Assembly (NCBI GenBank): GCA_012295275.1 | Contig: CM022676.1 | Location: 1 to 64,000 of the forward strand | Reading direction: 5' to 3' | DNA: 64,000 nt | DNA from: Chrysomallon squamiferum | Lineage: Eukaryota > Animalia > Mollusca | The notes under the pieces: generated by a model | Told to the model about the DNA's origin: nothing | Seen by the model: the letters and a program-made list of their open reading frames with translations, nothing else | The model's database searches: none | Program-made: the position numbers and the translations under genes | Shown: piece after piece, positions 1 through 14,440 of the stretch | Layout: each line of letters starts with the position of its first letter | How positions within the stretch are numbered: position 1 is the stretch's first letter

Positions 1-412
1 TTTCTAACAAGTACACATTTCTAACAAGTACACATTTCTAACATGTACACATTTCTAACATGTACGTATTTCTAACATGTACACATTTCTAACAAGTACA
101 CATTTCTAACACGTACACATTTCTAACATGTACACATTTCTAACAAGTACACATTTCTAACATGTACACATTTCTAACATGTACACATTTCTAACATGTA
201 CGTATTTCTAACACGTACACATTTCTAACATGTACACATTTCTAACATGTACGTATTTCTAACATGTACACATTTCTAACATGTACGTATTTCTAACATG
301 TACACATTTCTAACATGTACGTATTTCTAACATGTACGTATTTCTAACATGTACACATTTCTAACATGTACATATTTCTAACATGTACACATTTCTAACA
401 TGTATGTATTTC
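1..412. repeat. 17-bp minisatellite (TTTCTAACATGTACACA / ...ACGTA variants), ~24 copies, continues beyond window start
   Basis: Directly visible tandem unit tttctaaca(t/a/c)gtac(aca/gta); 2-3 further degenerate copies at ~944-990. Confidence 0.95.
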
Positions 413-427
413 TGATTACATGGTAGA

Positions 428-730
428 ATGTCTGTAGAAAACGGAACACTGAAATTTACAGTGGAAAGGTTCAAATTAAAAAGCAGTACAACAACTTGGA
501 CAAAGTCTGCTACTGGTACACAAGTATTTTGATAACACCAGATTAAAATACTGTTTTGTAAAAAGTACAAACAAAACATTTGACAGGGATTCCATACGAG
601 CGTTTAAAAGTTTGAAAAGTTATAAATATTTCTCGGATGGAGATATATAATTTGTTTACTGGAAACACATGCATGTATAAATATTGTAAATACACCCATG
701 TCAAAATGAGGACGTATTTGTGCGTCTCAG
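428..730 (+). pseudogene. Degenerate N-terminal fragment of a SWIM/YqaJ (lambda-exonuclease)-type transposon accessory protein, copy 1
   Basis: Manual translation: MSVENGTLKFTVERFKLKSSTTTWTKS...[stops/frameshift]...KSTNKTFDRDSIRAFKSLKSYKYFSDG. Resembles the 'W.K....YLV....KAYKSL.AY.YF..G.V' motif I recall from these proteins; no database search run. Confidence 0.5.
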
Positions 731-1004
731 TATAGTATGTATGTGAGTGTACATACACATGTATATATAATTCTGTATGTATGTATATAAACATATAAAC
801 ATAATATTAACATAAAGTCTGTTATCCAGCCTGTCATCTCCCACCTACAACAATGGGAGACTGTTTTTTGTGTACACACACGCACACACACACACATACA
901 CAGACACACAGACACATACACACACTTACACATTGCGTATAAGATGTACATATTTCTAACATTACATATTTCTAACATGTACGTATTTCTAATTAGATGG
1001 TAGA

Positions 1005-1300
1005 ATGTCTGTAGAAAACGGTCCACTGAAATTTACAGTGGAATGGTTCAAATTAAAAAGCAGTTCAACAACTTGTCAAAGTCTCTGCGACTCGAACCCG
1101 AGTGTTTTGGTAAAACCAGATTAAAAGACTGTCTTGTAAAAATACAAACAAAACATCTGAGAGGGATTCCATACGAGCGTTTAAAAGTTTGAAAAGTTAC
1201 AAATATTTCTCGGATGGATATAATTAATTTCTTTACTGGAAACACATGCATGCATAAATATTGAAAATCCACCCATGTCAAAATCAGGGCGTACTTGTGT
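1005..1300 (+). pseudogene. Degenerate SWIM/YqaJ-type fragment, copy 2
   Basis: ...IKDCLVK[frameshift]TNKTSERDSIRAFKSLKSYKYFSDGYN*. Confidence 0.5.
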
Positions 1301-1776
1301 GTCTCAGTATACTATGTATGTGTGTGTACATATACATGTATCTATAATATTTTCAGTTTGTATGTATATGTATATGTATATATATACATATACATCATAT
1401 TAACATAAATGCTGTTATCCAGCCTGTCATCTACAACAATGAATGAATGAATGAAAAAAATGAACAGGTCAGCGGGCGCGTCCGTCGCAGAAAAGAGTTT
1501 AGGGTAAGGAAAGAGGGTGGGTTCTCGCTACGAGTGCAGGACACAAGGGAGTGTCCAGCATGTCGGATCGTAACGAGTCGGTTCCGATGTTTCGTAGTCG
1601 TTATCCGCTCCTTGTTGTTTCCGGCACTTGTCTGTCTCCTAGTCATCTCAGTAGTTATTTGAACCATGTCTTTAATTTCATTTGTTTTTTGTTACACTAG
1701 GTGTTGTGACAGTTTCCCGCGCCATATTCAGGGAATGTCTATAGTCCACGTTTTTTAACGTTCACTGGCTTCTCAC

Positions 1777-1932
1777 CTAAAACTGTGCCGAACAAACCCT
1801 CGTGTTTGCAGTGACATTAAAATATTTTTCATTTTTGTGTGAAGCGATTACTCACAAACGTTTACGATATTCATTTCCCGTTCTTCTGCGACTGGAACAG
1901 TTAATAACTGAACAATGGTCATGACCTCCCAT
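1777..1932 (-). pseudogene. Degenerate THAP zinc-finger domain (transposase N-terminus)
   Basis: Minus-strand translation from ATG 1932: MGGHDHCSVINCSSRRRTGNEYRKRL*VIASHKNEKYFNVTANTRVCSAQF*. THAP CxxxxC, the conserved W position is TGA, and RVCSxHF appears as RVCSAQF; the FHxFP segment appears deleted. Confidence 0.8.
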
Positions 1933-2673
1933 TACAGCATGACTGCTTTTGTCCACCGATTTCCAAGTAGGACTATTTTGCCGAGATCTCGCGATCTGCG
2001 TCCTCGAATTACCAAGTAACGCGCACATGCGCAGTGAAATGTGGAATACCTCTGTTCAGTAAAGTTATGAAGTAAATATATACGACGAGACATAATACAC
2101 ACACACAAACACAGACTAACAGACAGAGAGATAGAAGTGTAAATGTTTTATGTGTACTATCTCGTTCTTTCTATATTTCTCTGTCTTTCTCACACACACG
2201 CCCACACACATACACACGAATACACACATATAGAGTATAATTTGTTCAGTTTTCAATTGCTGTGTTTTGCCGTAGTCTTTGTCATGCGCGAGTTTATCTA
2301 AAACAAGTTTTATTTTTATCACACAGATACACTACACTGTTCTATAACTAAGTAAACAAGGGAAGGTAAAAACTATTATCACCTAACAACTATCTTTTAC
2401 TCTGTTATCTTCTTCCTGGTCCAGGTGATTTCTTCATTGTAGTTATTTAAAATCTCGAAGAATCCGCCATGTTGTCTACAGTTGTCGATATTTTTATTAT
2501 TTTCTTTGTTTGTGTGTCTACCCAGTCAGAAATATTAAGTAAGTAGATCTTATATTAACTATTATAATCAAAGAATATATATATATACATACTTATGATT
2601 TAAAGCAGGACAAGAATAAATAAACTGAAGTATTTTTAATATTAAAGTGTCTATTATAAGTTAAATATGTGTT

Positions 2674-2677
<4 letters not shown>

Positions 2678-2754
<77 letters not shown>
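2678..2754. repeat. (CT)n microsatellite
   Basis: ~38 perfect CT units. Confidence 0.98.
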
Positions 2755-2759
<5 letters not shown>

Positions 2760-4057
2760 CACACACACATCTTTACGTTCATTCATTCACGCTCTATATA
2801 CATAAATAAATCATTACATTTGAAATGATGTCAAGGTATCAACTGTGAGAACGTAGATGAAGAACTGAATTTCTCTCAAAATGATGGAAATGTTTATTTC
2901 GTTCTGGAAGACGAAGATGTACATGAAAATACAGATTAATATTTATAAAATATTTTCTGCATTTTTAGAAATCACCGTAAATTTATAAATCATATCGACT
3001 ATTTCTCTTGACTATAATAATAATTAAAAACATTGATGCAGATTTATTTCTAATTTAATAGTTCCTAAATATAAATCCATTCTGCAAATTATTTCCATTG
3101 TTTATTCTGAGAAAATAATATTATTTGTGGTATATTTCAGTTTTATTGTATAGTAAAATTATGTGTTAACTATTTTACCTGTTGATATTATACTTTGTTC
3201 ATTTATATACTAAGTTAGACCTTCACACATTATCTTTATTATGTTAATTTAATTATATTACATTATTTATGTCTTACTAAGAAATTATATTAAATTATAT
3301 GAAAACAATAAAATTACCTTTCTGTCTTTCTTAATTATAAAGAAAAAATGCTTTGATCAAGACAAATGAACATACTGATACATTTTTATATGCTTTTCTA
3401 AGAAGATAGCATTTTCACAAATAATCAAATTTCTTAAGTATAAATCAATCGCACACACACACACACGCACAGAGAGAGAACAGGGCAATGGCTCAAAATC
3501 TATAACAGATAACTTCAATTTTCATAATTTATTCGACACGTAAACGTATTCTTAAAATTCGTAAACAGAAAACATGAATTTGTATATAGTCAAATGAGGA
3601 ATACAGGAAAGAGGCAAACAACAGTTACAGAGAGAAACAATGTATATGTGTGTGTGTGCATGTATGTATACATGCATGTATGAGTGTATGTATGTGCGTG
3701 TGTCCTTGTTTGTGAATGCTAGAACACGTATTGTTTGTAAATAATGTGTGCGTCTGTGCGTGTTTGCATAGATATAATTCACTGAATAAAAATTAAAACT
3801 GATATTTTGAACCTATGGTGAACAGTCCCCCGGTAATCCATTTTCAAGTACAAATTACCGTATTAGCCACTACGAGGTGGGGGTGTCATCACTCACCAGG
3901 TGACTCCGTGTCGCTGCATTTTAGGTACAATTTATTAAAACAATGGTGAGGAATCATTTAAAATTTACTTTGAATTCAAACAGTATACGACACATAGCAA
4001 ATAACTATCTCTATTGTTAATATTGTTTTATTATTAAACTAAGTGATATATGTGTGT

Positions 4058-4265
<208 letters not shown>

Positions 4266-6359
4266 TATGTCCGTATTAATCCTTGGTGTATATATTGTTA
4301 TAAGTAAACTCGAATAATTCACTTCTATATTCACGATATCTCTATTCATCTGTCGATGTATGTAGGTATGTGTGGATGTGATTGAGTATATTTTGTTAGT
4401 TGTAGGCAGCTATTATTGATTGTGTGGATTAATAGCTGTATGTGTTTATGTTTCAGTCAATGTTTGTGTTTCAGTTGTCTTTCCAGAATTAAAAACACGT
4501 TTCATTAGACATTTTCTATAGGCACATATCAGTCCATATTGGTGTCAGTTTATATCTGTAGGAATGTATCAGCCTTTATCTGTCTCTCTCGTTATCTGAA
4601 GCTGGGTCTCAGTCTACATACGTTTCTTCGTTATCTGTAGCTGTGAATTACTATATGTACTATATATCTGTATCATTATCTGTACGTTTGTATCAGTCGC
4701 TCTCTCTGACTATCTCTTTATCTGTAGGAGTGTATCAATCTGTATCTATCTTTATCTGTAGGCTTGTCTGAATCTATATGTGTCTTCTTTGTCCATAGAT
4801 GTGTATTAATCTCTCTCTATATCTGTGGTTTCCTGTAGGTGTATAGCAATCTGTATCTATATTTATCTTTGTATATTGGTGTGTATTAATCTATATCTGT
4901 ATATATAGTTATCTGTTAGTGTATATTAATCTGTTTCTGTATCTGTAGGTTTGTTTTAATCTATATCTGTATCTATCGTGATTTATAGGTCTGTATTAAA
5001 CTTTATCTCCATCTATCGTTATCTGCACGTGTGTATTAATGTAAATCTGTATATCTAGTTATCTGTAGGTTTCCATTAATCTATATCTCTATCTATCGTT
5101 ATTTGTAGGTGTGTATTAATCTCTGTCTGTATCTATTATTATATTCAGGTTTTCTGTTAAATATCTGTAGTTATCGTTGTTTTGGGGGGTGTATTGATCT
5201 ATGCCTGTAACTGCTATGCCTAGGGGGTGTATTGGTGTATATCTATATCTATATTATCTATTGGTGTTTATGAATATTCATAACTGAATCTCTCTTTATC
5301 TTTTGGTGAATATCAATGTATGTGTGTATATCGTTATCTGTAAATGTGTATTAGTCTATATCTGTATATATCGGTATTTGTAGTTGTATTTATAAATCTA
5401 TATCTCTCTTTGTCATATATAGGTGTATTAATATATATCTGTATTTATCGTTATCTGCAGGTATGTATAAGTGTACGAATGTGTTTTCGTTATTTGTGGC
5501 TGTGTTCTATAGTGTGTATCAAGCGTAATCTGTAGGTGTGTATTAATCTATCGTTAAATCCAGGTACATATCAATGTATATATATGTCTTACTTATCTGT
5601 AGGTGTGTATTAATCCATATGTATAACAACCATTAAGTATAAGTATGCATCGAAATATATATGTCGTATATCAGTCTGTATCTGCATCTATCGCTATCTG
5701 TACATGTGTATCAAACTGTATCTGTCTCTTTCTTTACTTGTGGGTGTGTATAAATATATGTCTATATGTATTGTTCTCTGTATGTGCGATTTATTCTATA
5801 TCTCTAACTTCCTCATCTATAAGTGTATATTAATCTATATCTGTATTTACCTTTATCTCTAGGTGTATTAACCAATATCTGTATCTATCCTTTTCTGTAG
5901 GTGTCTATTAATCTACATCAGTATTTATCACTATCTATAGGTGTATTTTATTCTATATCTGTATTTATCTTTATCTATAGATGTGTATTAATTTGTATCT
6001 GCATCTATGTTTATCTGTAGGTGTGTATTAATCTATATGTCTAGATATCGTTATCTATAGGTTAGCATCAATGTATGTGTATCTGTCGCTATATGTAGTT
6101 ATGTATAAACCAATATGTGTTTATCTTTATCTGTAGGTTTGCATTAGACTCTACATATGCATATCGTTATGTTCCCGTCAGTATCAATCTATGTTTGTAT
6201 CTAGTTTTATCTGTAGTATCTCTCAACCCATATCTGTATATATATATTTAATATTAATCAGTATATGTGTCTATCTTTATCTGTAGCTGTGTGTTAATCT
6301 CTCTGTATTTATATTTATCTTTATGTGTGAATCGATAAGCATCTGTATATATCGCTATA

Positions 6360-6398
<39 letters not shown>

Positions 6399-7099
6399 AT
6401 CAATATATATTTGTATCTATCGTTATCTGTAAGTATATATGAATTTATTTCTATGTTTAGTTCTTTCCTTGTATGTAATTATCTATCAGTCTAGTTGTGT
6501 GTTTGTTATTGTTTGCAGTATAGGACAATGTATGAGCATCTATCGACACATGTAGGTTTTATGAAACTATGTGTGTGATCCTTATATACATATGTCAGTA
6601 AGTGTTAATCAATTGTATTTGTTTATCGTTATCTCTATGTATGTAGTCATTAATCTGTATATTTACTGTTGTATGTCGATGTGCATCAATCTTTGCATCT
6701 ATCTTTGTATGTAAATTTGTATAAATCTGTATCTGTATCTAACGTGATCTGTAGGTGTCTATCAGCCTATATCTCTACCTGTAGGTGATTATTAGTCTCT
6801 ACCTTTCGTTATATGTAGCTATGAATCAATCTATATGTGTGTCTTACTTATCTATCGGGGTGAATTATCTATATATGTGATTTTCATTACCTATTATATC
6901 TGGATGTAGGTTTGTATTAGACTATATCTCTATCTATATCTTTAGATGTGTTTTAATCTATATCTGTATCTATCGTTATATGCGTGTATTAATCTGTATC
7001 GATATATATCTTTATCTATAGGTGTGTATTAATCTATATTTGTATTTATCTTTATCTGTAAGTGTGTATTAATCTATATCTGTATATATCGTTATATGC

Positions 7100-7860
7100 G
7101 TGTATTAATCTATATCTGTTTCTGTCATTATCTATATCTGTATCTGTTGCTACTTCTAGGTATGTATCAGTCTGTATCGTTCTATGTGGGTATATATTAA
7201 TGTGTATACGTTATATGTAGGTGTGTATTAATCTATATCTGTTTCAGTCATTATCTCTATAATTCTATATCTGTATCTGTTGCTACTTCTAGGTATGTAT
7301 CAGTCTGTATCGTTCTATGTGGGTATATATTAATGTCTATACGTTATATATCTAGGTGTGTGTATTAATCTATATCTGTTTCAGTCATTATCTCTATCTG
7401 TATCTGTTGCTACTTCTAGGTATGTATCAGTCTGTATTGTTCTCTGTGGGTATATATTAATGTATATATCTATTATATGTAGGTGTGTATTAATCTATAT
7501 CTGTTTCAGTCATTATCTCTATCTGTATCTGTTGCTACTTCTAGGTATGTATCAGTCTGTATTGTTCTCTGTGGGTATATATTAATGTGTATACGTTATA
7601 TGTAGGTGTGTATTAATCTATATCTGTTTCAGTCATTATCTCTATCTGTATCTGTTGCTACTTCTAGGTATGTACCAGTCTGTATTGTTCTCTGTGGGTA
7701 TATATTAATGTGTATATGTTATATGTAGGTGTGTATTAATCTATATCTGTTTCAGCTCATTATCTCTATCTGTATCTATTGCTACTTCTAAGTATGTATC
7801 AGTCTGTATCGTTCTCTGTGGGTATATATTAATGTATATACGTTATATGTTGGTGTGTAT
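7100..7860. repeat. ~124-bp higher-order repeat (3 x ~40-bp monomers), ~6 copies
   Basis: tatct(g/a)ttgctacttcta at ~7141, 7274, 7401, 7526, 7649, 7773. Confidence 0.88.
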
Positions 7861-8289
7861 CAATCCCTATATATGTGTCTTCTTCATCTGTAGCTTTTTA
7901 AAATCTATAGGTGTGTATTAATCGAGATATGTTTCTATCGTTATCTATTCGTGTGTACTAATCTGTACTATCTATTTTTGTCATTATCTATAGATGTGTT
8001 TTAAGATATATCTGTATCTATTGCTACTTCTAGGTATGTATCGGTTCCTATCGCTCTCTGTAGATGTGCATAAATCTATGCCTGTATCTACCGTTATTTG
8101 ATGGTGTGTATCAAACCCTATGTATATGTCTTCTTCATCTGTAGCTTTTTAAAATCTATATCTGTATTTATAATCGTCTTTCGATTTGTTTCAATCGTTA
8201 TACTGTCTTCCTTATCTGTAGCTTTTTAAAATCTATATCTGTATTTATCATTATTTGTCGGCGTGTTTCTACAGTTATAGTGTCTTCCT

Positions 8290-9920
8290 TATCTGCAGGT
8301 ATGTATCAGTCTATAATTCTATCTATCGCACTCTGCAGGTATGTATCAGTCTATAATTCTATCTATCGCACTCTGCAGGTGTGTATCAGTCTATAATTCT
8401 GTCTATCGCACTCTGCAGGTATGTATCAGTCTATAATTCTATCTATCGCACTCTGCAGGTATGTGTCAGTCTATAATTCTATCTATCGCACTCTGTAGGT
8501 GTGTATCTGTCTATAATTCTATCTATCGCACTCTGCAGGTGTGTATCAGTCTATAATTCTATCTATCGCACTCTGCAGGTGTGTATCTGTCTATAATTCT
8601 ATCTATCGCACTCTGTAGGTGTGTATCAGTCTATAATTCTCTCTATCGCACTCTGCAGGTGTGTATCAGTCTATAATTCTATCTGTCACACTCTGCAGGT
8701 GTGTATCAGTCTATAATTCTATCTATCGCACTCTGTAGGTGTGTATCAGTCTATAATTCTGTCTATCGCACTCTGCAGGTGTGTATCTGTCTATAATTCT
8801 ATCTATCGCACTCTGTAGGTATGTATCAGTCTATAATTCTCTCTATCGCACTCTGCAGGTGTATATCAGTCTATAATTCTATCTGTCACACTCTGCAGGT
8901 ATGTATCAGTCTATAATTCTATCTATCGCACTCTGCAGGTGTGTATCAGTCTATAATTCTATCTGTCACACTCTGCAGGTGTGTATCAGTCTATAATTCT
9001 ATCTATCGCACTCTGCAGGTATGTATCTGTCTATAATTCTATCTATCGCACTCTGTAGGTGTGTATCAGTCTATAATTCTATCTATCGCACTCTGCAGGT
9101 ATGTATCAGTCTATAATTCTCTCTATCGCACTCTGCAGGTGTGTATCAGTCTATAATTCTATCTGTCACACTCTGCAGGTGTGTATCAGTCTATAATTCT
9201 ATCTATCGCACTCTGCAGGTATGTATCAGTCTATAATTCTCTCTATCGCACTCTGCAGGTGTGTATCAGTCTATAATAATTCTATCTGTCACACTCTGCA
9301 GGTGTGTATCAGTCTATAATTCTATCTATCGCACTCTGTAGGTGTGTATCAGTCTATAATTCTGTCTATCGCACTCTGCAGGTGTGTATCTGTCTATAAT
9401 TCTATCTATCGCACTCTGTAGGTGTGTATCAGTCTATAATTCTGTCTATCGCACTCTGCAGGTATGTATCAGTCTATAATTCTGTCTATCGCACTCTGCA
9501 GGTGTGTATCAGTCTATAATTCTATCTATCGCACTCTGCAGGTATGTATCAGTCTATAATTCTATCTATCGCACTCTGCAGGTGTGTATCTGTCTATAAT
9601 TCTATCTATCGCACTCTGCAGGTGTGTATCTGTCTATAATTCTATCTATCGCACTCTGCAGGTATGTATCTGTCTATAATTCTATCTATCGCACTCTGCA
9701 GGTGTGTATCAGTCTATAATTCTATCTATCGCACTCTGCAGGTATGTATCTGTCTATAATTCTATCTATCGCACTCTGCAGGTGTGTATCAGTCTATAAT
9801 TCTATCTATCGCACTCTGCAGGTGTGTATCTGTCTATAATTCTATCTGTCGCACTCTGCAGGTGTGTATCAGTCTATAATTCTATCTATCGCACTCTGCA
9901 GGTGTGTATCTGTCTATATA
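8290..9920. repeat. Homogeneous 40-bp tandem array (GTGTATCAGTCTATAATTCTATCTATCGCACTCTGCAGGT), ~40 copies
   Basis: Exact 40-bp phase visible; single 3-bp insertion (aat) near 9277. Confidence 0.97.
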
Positions 9921-11878
9921 TCTGCTCCCTTAATTATAGGTATGTATTAATCCAAATATGTTTCTATCGACATCTATTCGTGTGTACTAATCTTTGTACT
10001 TCTTTATATATACGTGTGTATTAATCGATATATATTTTTGTCATTATCTATACTTGTGTATTAATCAATATCTCTTTCTACCGTTATGACTAGGTGTGTA
10101 CAGACGTATACAGGTATATATGGTTATCTATGGGTGTGCACTAATCTATATCTTATATATCCTTATCTATAGGTGTGTATTAATCAATATCTGTATCAAT
10201 CGTTATCTGTACGTGTGCATCAATCTATCTGGTTTTTTGTTATGTGTAGGTGTGAATTAACTTATGTTTGTAGATATCGTTATCTGAAGGTATCTATCAA
10301 CTTACATCTGTATCTATCGCTATCTGTAGGTATGTATTAGCCTGTGTACGTATATACGTTATCTGTAGGTGTCTATTAATCTATGCCTGTATCTACTGTT
10401 ATATGTTGGTATCAATCTTTACATAGGTGTCTTCGTTATCCATATGTTTATCTATTGTTATCTATGAGTGTCTATTAATCTATATCTATATCTATCTCAA
10501 TCTGTATTTAGATGTGTACTGAGTGTCTTAGTTATCTGTTAAACTATGTCTGTGACTATCGTTATCCCTAGAGGTGTATCGATCAGTATATATATTTATC
10601 TTATCTATAGGCGTTTATCAATATATATGAGTATCTGTCGTTATCTGAAAATATGTATCAGTCTGTATCTGCATGCATCAGTATGTGTACGTGTATTGAT
10701 AAATCTGTATCTGTATCTATCGTTATCTTTAGGTGTGTATTAATCTGTATCTGTTTCTGTCGCGATCTATAGGTGTGTATTAATCTAAAATATCTATCTA
10801 CCGTTATATGTAGGTGTGTATTAATTTATATCTGCTTTTATGTTTGTATTAATCTGTACCTGTATCTGTCATTATCTTTATCAATGTCTGTATTTATCAC
10901 GATGTGCATCAATCTATATTTGTATCTTTTATCCATAGGAGTGTATTAGTCTGTGTGTGTTTCTATCGTTATCTATAGCAGTGTATTAAACTATATCTGT
11001 ATCTATCGTTATCCGTATGTGTGTATTAATCTAAAATATTTAGCTATCCTTTTCTTTAAGTGTGTACTGATCTATATCTGTATATATCGTTATCTATAGG
11101 TGTGTATTAATCTACATCTGTATCTACAGCTATCTACAGATGTGTATTAATCTATATCTATTGTTATCTATAGGTGAATATTAATCTATATCTGTATCTA
11201 TCGTTGTATTTAATTGTGTATTAATCTACATCTCTATCTATCCTTATCTTTAGGTGTGTACTAATGTGTATCTGTATCTATCGTTATCTTTAGGTGTGTA
11301 TTAATGTATATCTTTATCTTTAGTTATACATAGCTGTGTGTTAATGTAAATCTGTATGTATCGTTATACATAGCTGTGTGTTAATGTAAATCTGTATGTA
11401 TCGTTATACATAGCTGTGTGTTAATGTAAATCTGTATGTATCGTTGTCTAAGGTGGGCGTCATTCTATGTTTGTATGTATCTTTATCTATAGGCTTGTAT
11501 TAATCTATACCTGTTTTTATCGTTATCTGTAGGAGTGTATTAATCTGCACATGTTTTTAACGTTATATTTAGGTGTGTATTGATCCATCTTTACTTATAT
11601 AGTTTTCTATAGGTGTGTATTAATCTATATCTATATCTGTTCTTATCTTTACCTATGTCTCTATCTATCATTATGTGTAGGTCTGTATTAAAATATAACT
11701 GTAACTATCGTTATACCTATATGTGCGTATTTGTCCTTATATAAATATGCGTCTATTAATCTATATCTATCGTTCTATATATATATATGTTTGTGCGTGT
11801 GTGTATGTGTGGCTGTGTCTGTGTGTGTATATGTCTATTAATCTAACGTGTATTGATCTATATATGTATCTATAGTTT

Positions 11879-11923
<45 letters not shown>

Positions 11924-13024
11924 TTGTGTATGTATGTTGATCTATATATGTATATATCGTTATATAGGTGTGTGTATTAATCTAAAATCTCAATCTATCT
12001 TTATCTGTAGCTGTTGATTAGTCTATATATGTTTCTATCGTTATCTCTAGATGTATATTGATATATATCTGCACATCTGATTATCTATTGGTGTATATTA
12101 ATCTATATCTCTATATATCGTTCTCTGTTGGTGTATAATAATCTATATCTATTGTTTCTATCTGTAACTATCGAGATCTATATGTGTATATTAATCTAAA
12201 ATTTCTATCTATCGTTATCCGTCAATCGTTATCTTTAGGTGTGTGTCTGTATCTGCATATATCGATATCTATAGATGTGTATTATTCTATGTCAGTATCT
12301 ATCGTTTTCTATAGGTGTGTATTAACATATTTCTGTATCTATCGTTATCTTTATGTGTGTGTTTTATCTAGATCTGTTTCTTTCGTGATCGATAGGTGTG
12401 AATTAATGTAAAATCTCTATCTACCCTTATCTGTACGTGTGCATTAATTTATATCTGCTTCTATCGTTATTTTTAACTTTGTTTTAATCTATATCTGTAT
12501 ATGTCTTTATCTACTGTTGTGTATTAATATATGTCTGTATATACCGTTATCTATACCTGTGTTTTAATCTATATCTGTATCTATCGTTATCTATGGAGGT
12601 TGAGAATCTATATCTGTGTGTATTAACGTATACCTACCTGTATCTATCTTTGTCTTTAGGTGAATATTAATGTATACCATTATCTATCGTTATCTATAGG
12701 TGTATATTAATCTACATATGTTTCTGTCGTGATTTATAGTTATGTATTAATCTAAAATCTTTATCTATTGTTATCTGTAGGTGTGTATTAATGTGCATAT
12801 GTTTCTATCGGTATGTGTAGGTGTGCATTGATCCATGTCTGAATATATATCGTTGTCTTTATCTTTATCTTTAGGTCTCTATTAATCTATAACTATATAT
12901 ATCGATGTCTTTAGATGTGTATTAATCTATACCTGTATCTGTTCTTATCTTTGCCTATATCTGTATCTATCGTTTTCTTTAGGTGTGTGTAACGTTACCT
13001 GTAGGTGTAAATTAACCTATGTCT

Positions 13025-13280
13025 GTAGATGTCGTTACCTGTAGGTATGTATCAGTCTGTATCTGTATCTGTCGCTATTTCTAGGTATGTATCAGTCTGT
13101 ATCTGTATCTGTCGCTATTTCTAGGTATGTCTCAGTCTATATCTGTATCTGTCGCTATTTCTGTATCTGTCGCTATTTCTAGGTATGTATCAGTCTATAT
13201 CTGTATCTGTCGCTATTTCTAGGTATGTATCAGTCTGTATGTGTATCTGTCGCTATTTCTAGGTATGTATCAGTCTATTT
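13025..13280. repeat. Local 40-bp variant array (AGGTATGTATCAGTCTGTATCTGTATCTGTCGCTATTTCT), ~6 copies
   Basis: Directly visible tandem copies. Confidence 0.88.
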
Positions 13281-14440
13281 TGGTATCTTTCCCTGTCTGT
13301 AGGTATCTAATAAACTATGCCTGTAACTACTGCTATGGTATCTCTAAAAGTGTGTCGGTCTACATCTAAATCTATCTTATCTATAGGTGTTTGTTAATAT
13401 ATGTCTCTCTTTATCTGTAAGTGTGTATCAATATATATGTGTATCTATCGTTATCTGTAGGTGTATCTATAAATCTATCTCTCTATTTATCGTTATCCTT
13501 ATCTATAGGTGTGTATTAATCTATATCTGTAACTATAGTTATCTATAAAACGTGTATTAATCTATAGCTGTATATATCGTTATGTATAGCTGTATATTAA
13601 CTATATCTCTATTTGTACCTCGTGTCTTTATTTATCTTTATCTATTGATGTGTATTAGTCTATATCTGTATTTATAGTTATATTTAGGTGAATATTAATG
13701 TCTGTCTGTATATATCGTTATCCATAGATGTGTATTAAGTTATATATTTATCATTACCTGTAGATGTGTACTAATCTACAATGAGTATCAATGGTAATTT
13801 GTAGGTTTGTAATAATCTACAGTCTGTTTCTATCGTGAAATGTAGCTACCTACCAATCTATAAATGTGTCTTACTTATCAGTAGGTGTGTATTAATCTGT
13901 ATGTGTGACTACGATTATGTATAGGCGTGTATGGAACTGTATGTATGTCTTTCTTTATCTGTAGATGTGTATCAGCCTGTATCTGTATCCACCATTATCT
14001 GTAGCTGTTTATCAATCTATATATTGTCCTTGCTATCTGTACATATATCTCTGTATATCGCTATCTATGTGTTTCTCAGTCTGTATCTGTTTCTATCGTT
14101 ATGTGTAGATTTTATGAGTAGAATCTATCGTCTGTAGTTGTTTATACATGTTTCTATCTTTATCTACAAGTATTTATCAGTCTATATCTGTGTCTGTTAT
14201 GCGTGGCTGTTTATCTGTCTCTATGTGTATGTTTAGCTGTCTGTAGATGTGTTTAATATGCTTTGTGTCGTATACTGTTTACTAAGTAACCAGCATAATA
14301 ATTATTACTAAATTTAGAAGCGTCATCCAAATAAAAAATATTAAAAAATAATAATAACAAAAAGTTATACAATAATTCAGACGTAAATATAGATGGTTAG
14401 CCAATATGATATAAATCGGAGTATGCCAAATTTGATGTAA

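Larger units (their letters stand above)
370..1441 (+). repeat. ~577-bp imperfect tandem duplication (2 copies)
   Basis: tggtagaatgtctgtagaaaacgg at 421 and 998; agggattccatacgagcgtttaaaagtttgaaaagtta and gttatccagcctgtcatct occur in both copies. Confidence 0.92.
428..2053 (-). mobile_element. Internally deleted ISL2EU/PIF-Harbinger-like DNA transposon remnant (left end not seen)
   Basis: Convergent THAP (-) and SWIM/YqaJ-like (+) fragments; CpG-rich subterminal region (gcgcacatgcgcag, gatctcgcgatc) ending at candidate terminus gtggaatacctct (2041-2053). Confidence 0.5.
4540..14250. repeat. Degenerate ~40-bp minisatellite field (consensus ~TCTATCGTTATCTGTAGGTGTGTATTAATCTATATCTGTA)
   Basis: The motif aggtgtgtattaatctatatctgtatctatcgttatct recurs throughout; short (TG)n tracts at ~6365-6396 and ~11885-11922. 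Confidence 0.9.

Noticed and set aside
2838-2938. Short acidic exon-like frame (INCENVDEELNFSQNDGNVYFVLEDEDVHENTD)
   Set aside because: About 33 codons, no recognisable domain or supporting exons
8290-9920. Regular 40-bp repeat could resemble a CRISPR array
   Set aside because: Head-to-tail copies without unique spacers; eukaryotic context, no cas genes
5344-14137. Numerous 60-75 aa Y/C/I/S-rich ORFs
   Set aside because: Chance frames in the 40-bp minisatellite
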